A stretch of DNA of 64,000 nt from Lysobacterales bacterium (GTDB lineage: Bacteria; Pseudomonadota; Gammaproteobacteria; Xanthomonadales; SZUA-5), in the NCBI GenBank assembly GCA_022841325.1, contig JALHRS010000016.1, positions 9,094-73,093 of the forward strand, given 5' to 3'. Made by a program: the position numbers and the translations under genes. Positions 44,687 to 53,418 of this stretch are shown piece by piece. The notes beneath the pieces were generated by a model. That model did not search any database. It was not told the origin of the DNA and saw only the letters and a program-made list of their open reading frames with translations. How positions within the stretch are numbered: the stretch's first letter is position 1; every line of letters begins with the position of its first letter.

Positions 44687-46897
44687 ATGCGAATCTGGTT
44701 CTGGCGTTTGTTCTGGTTGGGGCTCGGCCTGTTTCTCGGGGCGGTGGGGCCGACGATCGTCTATCTGAACCGCGTGGTCGACGCGCGTTTTGACCTGGGC
44801 AAGCAGCCGGTGGCCAGCCGCGTCTACGCGCGGCCGCTGGTATTGCAGCCGGGCATGCGCATCAGCGCCGACCTGCTGCAGATCGAATTGTCCGAGGCCC
44901 GCTATCGTAGTGATGTCACCGCGTCGGCGCCGGGCAGCTATCGCCGCGACGGTGAGCATTTCGAGATCCATACCCGCGAATTCGCTTTCAGCGATGGCGA
45001 AGAGCGCTCCGAGCGCATCGATGTGCTGCTGGAAAAAGGCAGGGTCAAGCGCCTGATGCGGCTGCCGGATCGTCAGGCGCTGGCGCGCAAGCGGCTGGAT
45101 CCGGCGCGCATCGCCACCATCATGCCGGCCGACGACACCGAGCGCCTGCCGCTGGCGATCAAGGACATGCCCGGTTTGCTGGTGGCAGGGATCCAGTCGG
45201 TGGAAGACCGCAACTTCAAGGATCACCCCGGTATCGATGTCTGGGGCATCGCCCGCGCCATGTGGGCCAATCTCAAGGCCCGGCGCTGGGTGCAGGGTGG
45301 ATCGACCATCACCCAGCAGCTGGTCAAGAACACCATGCTCAGCAACGCCCGGGATTTCCGCCGCAAGAGCAGAGAGATCGGTCTGGCCCTGCTGATCGAC
45401 GCCCGTTTCGACAAGCGCACAATACTTGAGGCCTATCTCAACAAGGCCTACATCGGCCAGAACGGTGCGCTGGCGGTGCATGGTTTCGGCGCCGGCGCCG
45501 AATTCTATTTCGGGCGCTCGCTGGAATCGCTGGATCCGGCCGAAATCGCGCTGCTGATCGGACTGGTCAAGGGCCCATCGTACTACGATCCGCGGCGCAA
45601 TCCGGAGCGCGCCATCGCCCGCCGGCGGGTGGTGCTGGGGCAGATGCTGGAAACCGGCTTGATCAGTCAGGCGCTCTACCAGGAGGCGCTCAAGGCGCCG
45701 CTGGCGGTGGTGCCCAGACCGCCTTCGCGGGTGCGCTACCCGGCCTTCGTGCAGCTGGTGCGCGAGCAGATCCGGCGTGACTACGACCAGGAACGCCTGC
45801 AGAGCGAAGGCCTGTCGGTGTTGACCACGCTCGATCCCGGCGCGCAGGCGCTGGCGGAGGCGGCGCTGACCAAGACCGTCAACGCGGTCGACCCGGACAA
45901 GCTGCTGCAGGGTGCGGTGGTGTTGACCCGCGCCCGCGATGGCGAAGTGCTGGCGCTGGTGGGCGGACGTGATCCGCGGGAGGCCGGATTCAACCGGGCC
46001 ATTGAAGCCAGCCGTCCGGTGGGCTCCTTGTTGAAGCCCTTCGTCTACCTGCTGGCTCTGTCACAGCCGGCCAGGTACAGCCTGGCGAGCCTGATCTCGG
46101 ATGCGCCGATCAATCTGAAGCTCCCCACCGGCAAGGTCTGGAAACCGCAGAACTACGATCGCAAGACCCACGGCACCGTGCCCCTGGTCGATGCGCTGGC
46201 TCGCTCCTACAATCTGGCGACGGCCCGGGTCGGCCTCGATATCGGAGTCCAGTCGCTGGCCCGTCTGATCGACAACATGGGCGTGCAGGCGCCCAGCGAT
46301 CCGCAGCCTTCCCTGATTCTGGGTTCGATCGGTCTGAGTCCGCTGGAAGTGGCGCAGCTCTATCAGACCCTGGCCAGCGGCGGCCAGGTGGTGCCGATTT
46401 CGGCCGTGCGTGCGGTGCTCGATGACAGTGGCAAGGCACTGACCCGATTCCCGCGGCCGGTGGGAAATCCGGCTGGCGCCGATGTGGTCAAGCTGGTCAC
46501 CGTGGCCCTCAATGAAACCACCCTGTCGGGCACCGCCAGCAGTCTGTCGGGCGGCTCCGGCATTCGGCTGGACTCGGCCGGCAAGACCGGTACTTCAGAC
46601 GACATGCGCGACAGCTGGTATGCCGGTTACACCGGCGAGCATCTGGCCGTGGTCTGGCTCGGGCGCGATGACAATCAGCCGACCAAACTGTCGGGATCCA
46701 CCGGCGCGCTCAAGGTCTGGACGGCGCTGTTCCGGCAATTGCCGAGCGCCGATCTGCGCCTGGAATTCAGCGATGCCATCCGCTGGCTGCCCTTCGATAC
46801 TGGCGACAACTGCGGCCGCATCCGCTTCTACCCGGTACTGCCGCCCTACGAGCCGGCCAACACGCGCTCGTGCATGGAACAGCTGACGGTGCCTTGA
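44687..46897 (+). CDS. mrcB: penicillin-binding protein 1B (bifunctional transglycosylase/transpeptidase)
   Basis: Start moved to the ATG at 44687 (the ATG at 44675 is possible). TM helix, a UB2H-like insert, EDRNFKDHPGID and GGSTITQQ (transglycosylase), SLLKP, SYN and KTGT (transpeptidase). Confidence 0.85.
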   Translation: MRIWFWRLFWLGLGLFLGAVGPTIVYLNRVVDARFDLGKQPVASRVYARPLVLQPGMRISADLLQIELSEARYRSDVTASAPGSYRRDGEHFEIHTREFAFSDGEERSERIDVLLEKGRVKRLMRLPDRQALARKRLDPARIATIMPADDTERLPLAIKDMPGLLVAGIQSVEDRNFKDHPGIDVWGIARAMWANLKARRWVQGGSTITQQLVKNTMLSNARDFRRKSREIGLALLIDARFDKRTILEAYLNKAYIGQNGALAVHGFGAGAEFYFGRSLESLDPAEIALLIGLVKGPSYYDPRRNPERAIARRRVVLGQMLETGLISQALYQEALKAPLAVVPRPPSRVRYPAFVQLVREQIRRDYDQERLQSEGLSVLTTLDPGAQALAEAALTKTVNAVDPDKLLQGAVVLTRARDGEVLALVGGRDPREAGFNRAIEASRPVGSLLKPFVYLLALSQPARYSLASLISDAPINLKLPTGKVWKPQNYDRKTHGTVPLVDALARSYNLATARVGLDIGVQSLARLIDNMGVQAPSDPQPSLILGSIGLSPLEVAQLYQTLASGGQVVPISAVRAVLDDSGKALTRFPRPVGNPAGADVVKLVTVALNETTLSGTASSLSGGSGIRLDSAGKTGTSDDMRDSWYAGYTGEHLAVVWLGRDDNQPTKLSGSTGALKVWTALFRQLPSADLRLEFSDAIRWLPFDTGDNCGRIRFYPVLPPYEPANTRSCMEQLTVP

Positions 46898-46902
46898 ACT
46901 AC

Positions 46903-47673
46903 TCAGACTCCGGGGCGTGCCGGCACTCGGGCTGGCTGATGTCGGTAATGCGCGTACAGCACCATTCCCAACAGCAGCGTCGCCAATACCGCCGACGAGC
47001 CGACCGTACCGAAGCCGACACCGCCGGCGGTGGTTGGTTTGGTCAGGAGATCACCGAAAGTTGCGCCGAAGGGTCGTGTCAGTACAAAGGCAATCCAGAA
47101 CAGGGTGATCCGGTTGACCATACGGTAATGCGCCAGCAACGCGACGATGGCGATACCGCTGCCGATCAGCGCTGCCCCGCCAAGGAATCCGAGCCCTGAG
47201 TCGTCGGCCAGGTAATCGCCCAGCGCCGTACCCAGGGTGTTCGATACCAGGACTGCGACCCAGTAGAACAATTCAGCGCGCGGGCTGTTGATCCGACTGA
47301 CCGAGAGCGATTTCTCAGTACGGCGCCAGACCAGCAGGATCACCGCCAGCGCCGTCGCCAAAACGGTCGAACCCCAAGCATAACCCAGACCCACACTGCG
47401 ATCGAGGTAGTCCGACAGCGTGGTTCCCGCGGTGCTGGTGCATAGGACGACCAGCCAGAACAGCGAGGGGTGGAATCGTCTGGCTGCCATTTGAGCGCTG
47501 AGCGAGACCAGGAACAGAGCGATCAGAATCATCGAACTGGCGGCATAACCAACGTTCAGCGTCATCGACAGCAGATCGCCGGCGGTCTCACCGAGCGTGG
47601 TCGCACAGATCTTCATGATCCAGAAAGCCAACGTAACCGGGGCTACCTTGCTCAAGACCCCGGAGTTGTCCAC
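46903..47673 (-). CDS. polytopic inner-membrane protein (COG4705-like)
   Basis: 256 aa. The N-terminus ..KVAPVTLAFWIMKICATTLGETAGD.. is recalled from COG4705 membrane proteins. The exact start is uncertain (GTG, no clear SD). Confidence 0.55.
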   Translation of the reverse strand: MDNSGVLSKVAPVTLAFWIMKICATTLGETAGDLLSMTLNVGYAASSMILIALFLVSLSAQMAARRFHPSLFWLVVLCTSTAGTTLSDYLDRSVGLGYAWGSTVLATALAVILLVWRRTEKSLSVSRINSPRAELFYWVAVLVSNTLGTALGDYLADDSGLGFLGGAALIGSGIAIVALLAHYRMVNRITLFWIAFVLTRPFGATFGDLLTKPTTAGGVGFGTVGSSAVLATLLLGMVLYAHYRHQPARVPARPGV

Positions 47674-47766
47674 CGAAAAAGCGAACTCTTCGGTGTCAGG
47701 AGCTGACGCGTTGATGGTGGCGTCTCCTTGTGCAGGTGCGGAGCAGCGTGATCAGGCAGATTGAAT

Positions 47767-49401
47767 TCAGAAACTCTGCTCGGTGCTGATCAAGAGCTGC
47801 AGTCTGGAAATATCGGCGCCGCCATCGAGCGGGTGGGCGATGTCGATATGGATCACCCGGCCCAGTCCCGAGCGGGTATTGGCCAGCCGCAGACCGAAGC
47901 CGATGTCCTTGAGCACGCCCAGCTCGTCCGGTCCTTCGGGGGTGTCGCCCCAGACCCGGCCGGCGTCCACGAACACCGCGCCGCCTACCCGGAACAGGTG
48001 GAAGGGGTACCAGTCGGTGTAGAAGCGCTGCTCGACCGTCAACAGCGCACTGCGCTCACCATTGGCGTAGCGGTAGGGATAGCCGCGCAGGCCGTTGTCG
48101 CCACCCAGGGCCAGTGGCTGGTCCAGGTCCAGGTTGTGGCCGATATCGCCCCGCAGGCGGACATGGGTGGTGGTGAAGTCGTTGAAGCGATGGTCGTAGC
48201 GGCCGTCGATGGTGGACAGCGTGCCGGCGCTGCCGCCGTTCTCGTAGCGGCCGCTGATGGCGCTGGAGATCAGCCAGGACTGGGCGTCGTTGGGCCGATC
48301 GCCGTAGGACAGAGCACTCTGGTAGATCCAGGCGCGGCGGTCGGCGCCAAAAGTCCCGGTGGCCAGACCCAGCCGGGCACTGGCGTGCCAGCCCAGCAGG
48401 ATGTCTTCCGCCCGGCCCATCTGATCGCGATTCTGCTCGACCACGAAGCGGTTCTGGACCAGCTCGTAGCCTATCCACGGATAGATCAGCTTGCGGTCTG
48501 CCGGCAGCAGGGTGGTGCCGATGCCGTCGATGGGCGCCACCGCGCTGAAGCGATGCTCTTCCAGCGCTGCGCCGAAGGTGAAGCGCTGGGTCAGATCGCC
48601 GACCAATCCAGGCGACCACCCAGCCTGGATGTTGAAGCCGCGCTGGTCATCCAGATAGCGATCGATGGTCTCGCCATGGCGATAGCGCTGTTCGCGGCGC
48701 TCGTCGTCGAGCAGGTCGAAGCCAGCGCTCCAGCGCGAGTCCAGGGCAAAGAAGGGCCGGGCCAGGCCCAGCCGGTATTGGTGGCCATCGCTGTTGTTGG
48801 CGGCCACCAGGTTGAATTCCCAGCGCGCCTGTCCTAACTGCGGGGCTCTGAAGGCCGCGAAGCGCGAGTCGCGGTCCTTGTCGGAGCTGTAGCCCAGACT
48901 GAGCTGCATGCCGAGGCCGAGGAAATTGAGCTCCTCGAAGCCGGCCGAGGCGCGGTTGCGGCCACCGCTGCGGCCAAACTGCAGGGCCGGGCGCAAACTC
49001 CAGATGTCGCGGGTGCGAACTTCGATGACAACCTTGCCGCGCTTCATCCGCAGCGGGCGAATCCTGGCGTCAAAGAAGGCGCGACGGCTGCGCAGCAGCC
49101 GTTCGGATTCGGTGACGGCCTGTTCGCTGTAGGCATCGCCGACCCTGAACAGCAACAGCCGCTCGATCGTGCCCTCGCGCGTCTCCACATGCCAGCGATT
49201 GGCCAGCCGGTAGAGAAAACCATTCTCCTCGGGCTGCTCCAGATCGAAGACATCGCCGGCATAAATGCGGATCTCGCCGATGACGGTGCCCTCGGCTTCC
49301 AGCTTCTGGCGATCGAGCCTGGCCGCCTGCAGGCCGCTGCAGACCAGCAGGCCGAGCAGCAATCCGAGGAATCTGCAGCGACCGTGGTTTTCAGTGGGCA
49401 T
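47767..49401 (-). CDS. Omp85/BamA-TamA-family outer-membrane beta-barrel with one POTRA-like domain
   Basis: Start moved to the ATG at 49401 (MPTENHGRCRFLGLLLGLLVCSGLQA signal). POTRA-like segment (GEIRIYAGDVFD..RVGDAYSEQAVTESERLLR). C-terminal ..LLISTEQSF ends in Phe. Confidence 0.7.
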   Translation of the reverse strand: MPTENHGRCRFLGLLLGLLVCSGLQAARLDRQKLEAEGTVIGEIRIYAGDVFDLEQPEENGFLYRLANRWHVETREGTIERLLLFRVGDAYSEQAVTESERLLRSRRAFFDARIRPLRMKRGKVVIEVRTRDIWSLRPALQFGRSGGRNRASAGFEELNFLGLGMQLSLGYSSDKDRDSRFAAFRAPQLGQARWEFNLVAANNSDGHQYRLGLARPFFALDSRWSAGFDLLDDERREQRYRHGETIDRYLDDQRGFNIQAGWSPGLVGDLTQRFTFGAALEEHRFSAVAPIDGIGTTLLPADRKLIYPWIGYELVQNRFVVEQNRDQMGRAEDILLGWHASARLGLATGTFGADRRAWIYQSALSYGDRPNDAQSWLISSAISGRYENGGSAGTLSTIDGRYDHRFNDFTTTHVRLRGDIGHNLDLDQPLALGGDNGLRGYPYRYANGERSALLTVEQRFYTDWYPFHLFRVGGAVFVDAGRVWGDTPEGPDELGVLKDIGFGLRLANTRSGLGRVIHIDIAHPLDGGADISRLQLLISTEQSF

Positions 49402-51364
49402 CAGCCGCTCCGGCCAGATGGGCGGTTGGCGTCGGCGCGTCCAGGCGCATCGCACCGCTGCCGAAGGCTTCGCTGGCGACCTGGTAGTAGCTGATGGCCT
49501 CGGTGGTCATGCGCTCGGCCTCGGCATCGGTGCTTTGTTCGATGCCGGTCCTGGCATCGACCACCCGGCTGCGGGCATTGGGCTTGAGTTCGATCACCCG
49601 TCCGTGCTCGTACCAGCCCACCGTTTGGTAGTTGGCCAGCAAGGCGCGCTGCGGGGCGTCGGGGCTGAGCATGTCGCTGCCGAAGAAGCGTGATTCGTAG
49701 GGCACATTCATCAATCCGAGAATGGTCGGCGCCACGTCGATCTGCGAGGCGATGTGCTCGACGGTGCCAGCTGCGATCTTGCCCGGCGCCCAGACCACCA
49801 TCGGAATCAGATAGTTGCGCGGTGGCAGATCCATCTTGCCGCGGCCGCGATGGGTGTGATCGGCCACGAAGATGAACAAGGTGTGGTCAAACCAGGGCTT
49901 GCTGCGGGCGCGCTCGATGAAGTCGCCGATAGCCCAGTCGGTGTACTTGACCCCGCCCTCACGCCCGCTCTTGCTGGGGATGTCGATACGCCCTTCCGGG
50001 TAGGTGTAGGGGCGATGATTCGACACGGTCATGATGTGCGCGAAGAAGTGCTTGCCGGCATCAGCCTGCTGGTCGATCTCGCGCAGGGCCAGCGTGAACA
50101 GGTCTTCGTCGCATACACCCCAGATGTTCTGGAAATGGATGTCCTCGGGTGCCAGTTCGGTGCGGTCGTGCACCTGATAGCCGTTGCCGCTGAAGAAGGC
50201 CTGCATGTTGTCGAAATAGGAGTAGCCGCCATAGATGTACATCGGCGTGTAGCCCCGCCCGGCAAAGATCGAACCCAGGCTGTAGAGATTGTCGTTGTTG
50301 GGGCGCTTGACGATGGAATGGCCCGGCGTGGGCGGTACCGACAGGGTCAGTGCTTCCAGCCCGCGCACCGTGCGCGTGCCGGTGGCGTAGAGCTGTTTGA
50401 ACAGCAGACCTTCGTCGGCCATCCGGTCCAGATTGGGTGTCAACCCTTCGCGATTGCCAAAATGCGCCAGATAGCTGGCGCTCAGGCTTTCCATCGACAC
50501 CAGCACCACGTTCCAGTCCTGCTGCGCGCCTTCGGGTTGCACTTCGCGGCGCAGGTCAAAGGGCATCAGCGGCGGACCCTCGATGTTCAGCGCCTCGCGC
50601 ACGCCGCTCAGCGCCTGCGCCTGCGGCAGGGTGCGGTAGAAGCGCTCGTAGTCGATGGAGTTGGACTCGTAGGCATGAAAGAAGTCGAAAACGCCGTTGC
50701 CAGCCAGTTCATTGGCCTGGGCGTCGTTGGAATATTCCTTGTAGCTGGCATCCAGCAAGGCGTAGGCCGCCACCGGCAGCAGCATCCAGACCAGCGTGCG
50801 CGCCAGACGGCCGCCAATGCGTGGCGCGGCTTCCCGCAGTTGTCCACTGACCACACGGAGAATCAGCCGCCAGAACAGCAGTGTGGTGATGGCCACCGCC
50901 GATAGCAGCAGCGGCATCGGATAGCTCTCGCGGATGTTGCCGATGACTTCGTTGGTGTAGACCAGATAGTCGACTGCGATGAAATTGAAGCGCGATGCGA
51001 ATTCGTTCCAGAACACGAACTCGGCCGCGGCGACGAAGACCAGCAATCCGGCAAAGGGCAACAGGCTGAGGCGGATGAAGCGGCGGCCGAAGCCACCGTC
51101 CCGCGGACCCGGCGTGTGTCGCAGCATCAGCAACAAAAGCATCAGCGGCAACAGCATCAAAGCCGCCACGCCCAGATCAAATACGGCGCCGATCAGCATG
51201 GCGCCGACGATCCGACCCGACCAGAATACGCTGGCGTCGCCGTTGTACAGCGCCAGTCCCAGGCGCACGGCGGCGTTGTACAGCAGGTAGACCAGGGTCA
51301 GGCCCAGTACCGCAGCGTAGGGGCCGCTGGCGAACCAGCGGTAGAACTTCTGGACAGATCGCAT
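49391..51364 (-). CDS. LTA synthase/phosphoglycerol-transferase-family protein (N-terminal TM domain plus alkaline-phosphatase-superfamily/sulfatase-like domain)
   Basis: 657 aa with about 5 N-terminal TM helices, then WNVVLVSMESLSA.., ..ATGTRTVRG.. and ..HRPY... Its stop overlaps the downstream Omp85-like start by 11 nt. Confidence 0.8.
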   Translation of the reverse strand: MRSVQKFYRWFASGPYAAVLGLTLVYLLYNAAVRLGLALYNGDASVFWSGRIVGAMLIGAVFDLGVAALMLLPLMLLLLMLRHTPGPRDGGFGRRFIRLSLLPFAGLLVFVAAAEFVFWNEFASRFNFIAVDYLVYTNEVIGNIRESYPMPLLLSAVAITTLLFWRLILRVVSGQLREAAPRIGGRLARTLVWMLLPVAAYALLDASYKEYSNDAQANELAGNGVFDFFHAYESNSIDYERFYRTLPQAQALSGVREALNIEGPPLMPFDLRREVQPEGAQQDWNVVLVSMESLSASYLAHFGNREGLTPNLDRMADEGLLFKQLYATGTRTVRGLEALTLSVPPTPGHSIVKRPNNDNLYSLGSIFAGRGYTPMYIYGGYSYFDNMQAFFSGNGYQVHDRTELAPEDIHFQNIWGVCDEDLFTLALREIDQQADAGKHFFAHIMTVSNHRPYTYPEGRIDIPSKSGREGGVKYTDWAIGDFIERARSKPWFDHTLFIFVADHTHRGRGKMDLPPRNYLIPMVVWAPGKIAAGTVEHIASQIDVAPTILGLMNVPYESRFFGSDMLSPDAPQRALLANYQTVGWYEHGRVIELKPNARSRVVDARTGIEQSTDAEAERMTTEAISYYQVASEAFGSGAMRLDAPTPTAHLAGAADAH

Positions 51365-51506
51365 GCCTGGTGCACTTCGGGAGATCGAAGTGCCAGTGGA
51401 GCACGCGTGGATTGCGTCAGGCTTAGCTGGAAATCAAGTTTGCGTTAGGCCGGGTGCTGGTGAGAGTGCCGCTCAACCCGGGCGGTGCGCTTGTTTGCGC
51501 ATCAAG

Positions 51507-51594
51507 CAGGGGCAGGGGGCAGGGGGCAGGTGACCAAGCTCGGTGCATGGTCAGAAGGTGCGGCGGGGTGGGTCCCCTGCCCCTTGCCCCTTTT
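51507..51594. repeat. short heptamer-armed palindromic element (copy G)
   Basis: caggggcagggggcagggggcagg ... cccctgccccttgcccctttt. Lies between the DUF2167-like and LtaS-like genes. Confidence 0.75.
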
Positions 51595-51639
51595 CCAAAG
51601 CAGTAAAAGCAGTGGTTTACGGCATGTTGGTGACAGCGG

Positions 51640-52758
51640 CTAACCCCGCTGATCGCTGCTCTCGATTGCTTCTGCGTTCGCCGTAGCTGATGAGGTGCCC
51701 GCGTATTCCTGTACCCAGCGGGTCAGCTGCTGTGCCGAGGCTGCACCAATGAACTCGGAGTGTTGCCAGCCCGGGTCGGCCTGGGCACGCAGTGCCAGCA
51801 TGCGGGTCGCCCGCAGCCCCAGCTCACGCTGTCCGGGGGTCAGATCGACTGCCCGGAACAGCAGCGCGCCATGGCGCAGCAGTCGGACCACGCTGCGATC
51901 GGAGAGCGCAGCGTTCTTGCCGCTGTCGCTCCAGCTGGCGGCGGTCAGCGTCGGGTCCCACTGCAGCTGATCGTCGTCGGCGCCGAGCTGCAGCAGGCTG
52001 CTGCCGCCGGTGGGCGGCGCCAGATGCCCGCATTCGTGGAATTGCACGTCCACGTACCAGAAGTCGGAGGAACGCAGATCCACGCGCTCGTGGACCACCC
52101 AGCCCAGGCTGTGCGGGTCAACGGTCACGCCCCGGATTTCAGCCAGCGTACCCAGCTGCTGCGCTGATACAAAACGGAAATGTTCGGGAATCTGCAGTGA
52201 GGCAAAGGCTGGGCCCAGCCGCACCAGGCCGCGGCGGAAGCGCAGTTCTTCGAGCGGAATCTGCCGAATCTGCGCCGGAGCGGCGGCGAACTGCATCTCC
52301 TCGGCTGCCGCGTCAAGGCCGCGGCTGGCGTTGTTTCCGCTGTCACGCGTGGCAGAGACGGAGGTGGCGATGATGGGTCCTGAGTCGCTGCGAGGCTCAT
52401 CCTCGAACTCCAGGGTCACACCCAGGGCGGCCTGGCGCTGTTCGATCATGGCGGCCGTTTCCGGGTCGCTCTCACGGATGTAGGCGATGTCGTCAGCGTC
52501 CATGTTCAACGCCAGCTGGTCTACCGCCTTGTTGCTGTTGTAGATCAGCATCAATGACGCCAGGGCGGTGAGTACAAAGGGAATGCGGATATCGCTATCG
52601 CGGTCGCCCCAGTTGGTGAACAGGGGAACCACGGCGACCGGCCAGAAGATGAACGTCATTACGCCCATGGTGGAACTGCTGCGGCCTACCCGCAGCGCCA
52701 TCCACACCACCATGACGAAGATCACCAGGTACCAGAAGGTCAGCGAGCCCAGATTCAT
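51640..52758 (-). CDS. membrane protein with a C-terminal DUF2167-like domain
   Basis: 372 aa with three N-terminal TM helices. The C-terminal segment ..LQIPEHFRFVSA....GWVVHE....FWYVDVQF.. loosely matches my recollection of DUF2167/COG4714. Confidence 0.45.
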   Translation of the reverse strand: MNLGSLTFWYLVIFVMVVWMALRVGRSSSTMGVMTFIFWPVAVVPLFTNWGDRDSDIRIPFVLTALASLMLIYNSNKAVDQLALNMDADDIAYIRESDPETAAMIEQRQAALGVTLEFEDEPRSDSGPIIATSVSATRDSGNNASRGLDAAAEEMQFAAAPAQIRQIPLEELRFRRGLVRLGPAFASLQIPEHFRFVSAQQLGTLAEIRGVTVDPHSLGWVVHERVDLRSSDFWYVDVQFHECGHLAPPTGGSSLLQLGADDDQLQWDPTLTAASWSDSGKNAALSDRSVVRLLRHGALLFRAVDLTPGQRELGLRATRMLALRAQADPGWQHSEFIGAASAQQLTRWVQEYAGTSSATANAEAIESSDQRG

Positions 52759-52761
52759 GAC

Positions 52762-53112
52762 TTACTCCAGTTCGGTACTGGTGACCTGACTGCGGCGCAG
52801 CGCCAGCTCGGCATAACCACCATGCAGTTCGGCCCGCAGCAACAGGGATTTGTCATCCACACGCTCGATCCGGCCGTGATGGGTGCGACCGCTGTCCGTA
52901 TGGACTTTGACCTTGACGCCCTTGAACTGGTTGAGCTCGGACCAGCTGATGCGGTAACCGCTGCGTATGCCGGTCACCGTGGCCGAATTCCCGGGTGCCG
53001 ACATGTAGCGCTCGATCCAGGCTTCGTCCGGGTCGGCAGCCGCTACCGTGGCAGACCGCAACAGACCCGGCAGGGTCAAGACGGCCAGCAGGGATATGGG
53101 CCAACGGTGCAT
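52762..53112 (-). CDS. small exported protein, unknown family
   Basis: 116 aa with a signal peptide (ISLLAVLTLPGLLRSATVAAA). Its stop lies 3 nt before the next gene's ATG. Confidence 0.5.
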   Translation of the reverse strand: MHRWPISLLAVLTLPGLLRSATVAAADPDEAWIERYMSAPGNSATVTGIRSGYRISWSELNQFKGVKVKVHTDSGRTHHGRIERVDDKSLLLRAELHGGYAELALRRSQVTSTELE

Positions 53113-53418
53113 GAGCGGGCTCCGAGTTTTGCGGTTTTTCCGGTGGGTGGCGTCCGGTCACGGCTGCAGCCGCCCGGTGGGCCGCGCGGCCTGCCATTGA
53201 CAACAACTGTGACGTCAAGTCTACGTGATGTCCGGAGCTTAGGCTAGGGAGCCCCTGCGCCAGTCCCGCAGCCGGGATGGTGCCTGAATTGGAACCGGGC
53301 CCGACCAGGCAATCCACATCTGCGCCTTTCGTCAACGGCCTGCCTATGCCATCGTACGCGGCTGCGGCGGCCGCTCTGGTCGCGACTCTTGTCCCGTGAA
53401 TTGTTGATGGAACTGCGG

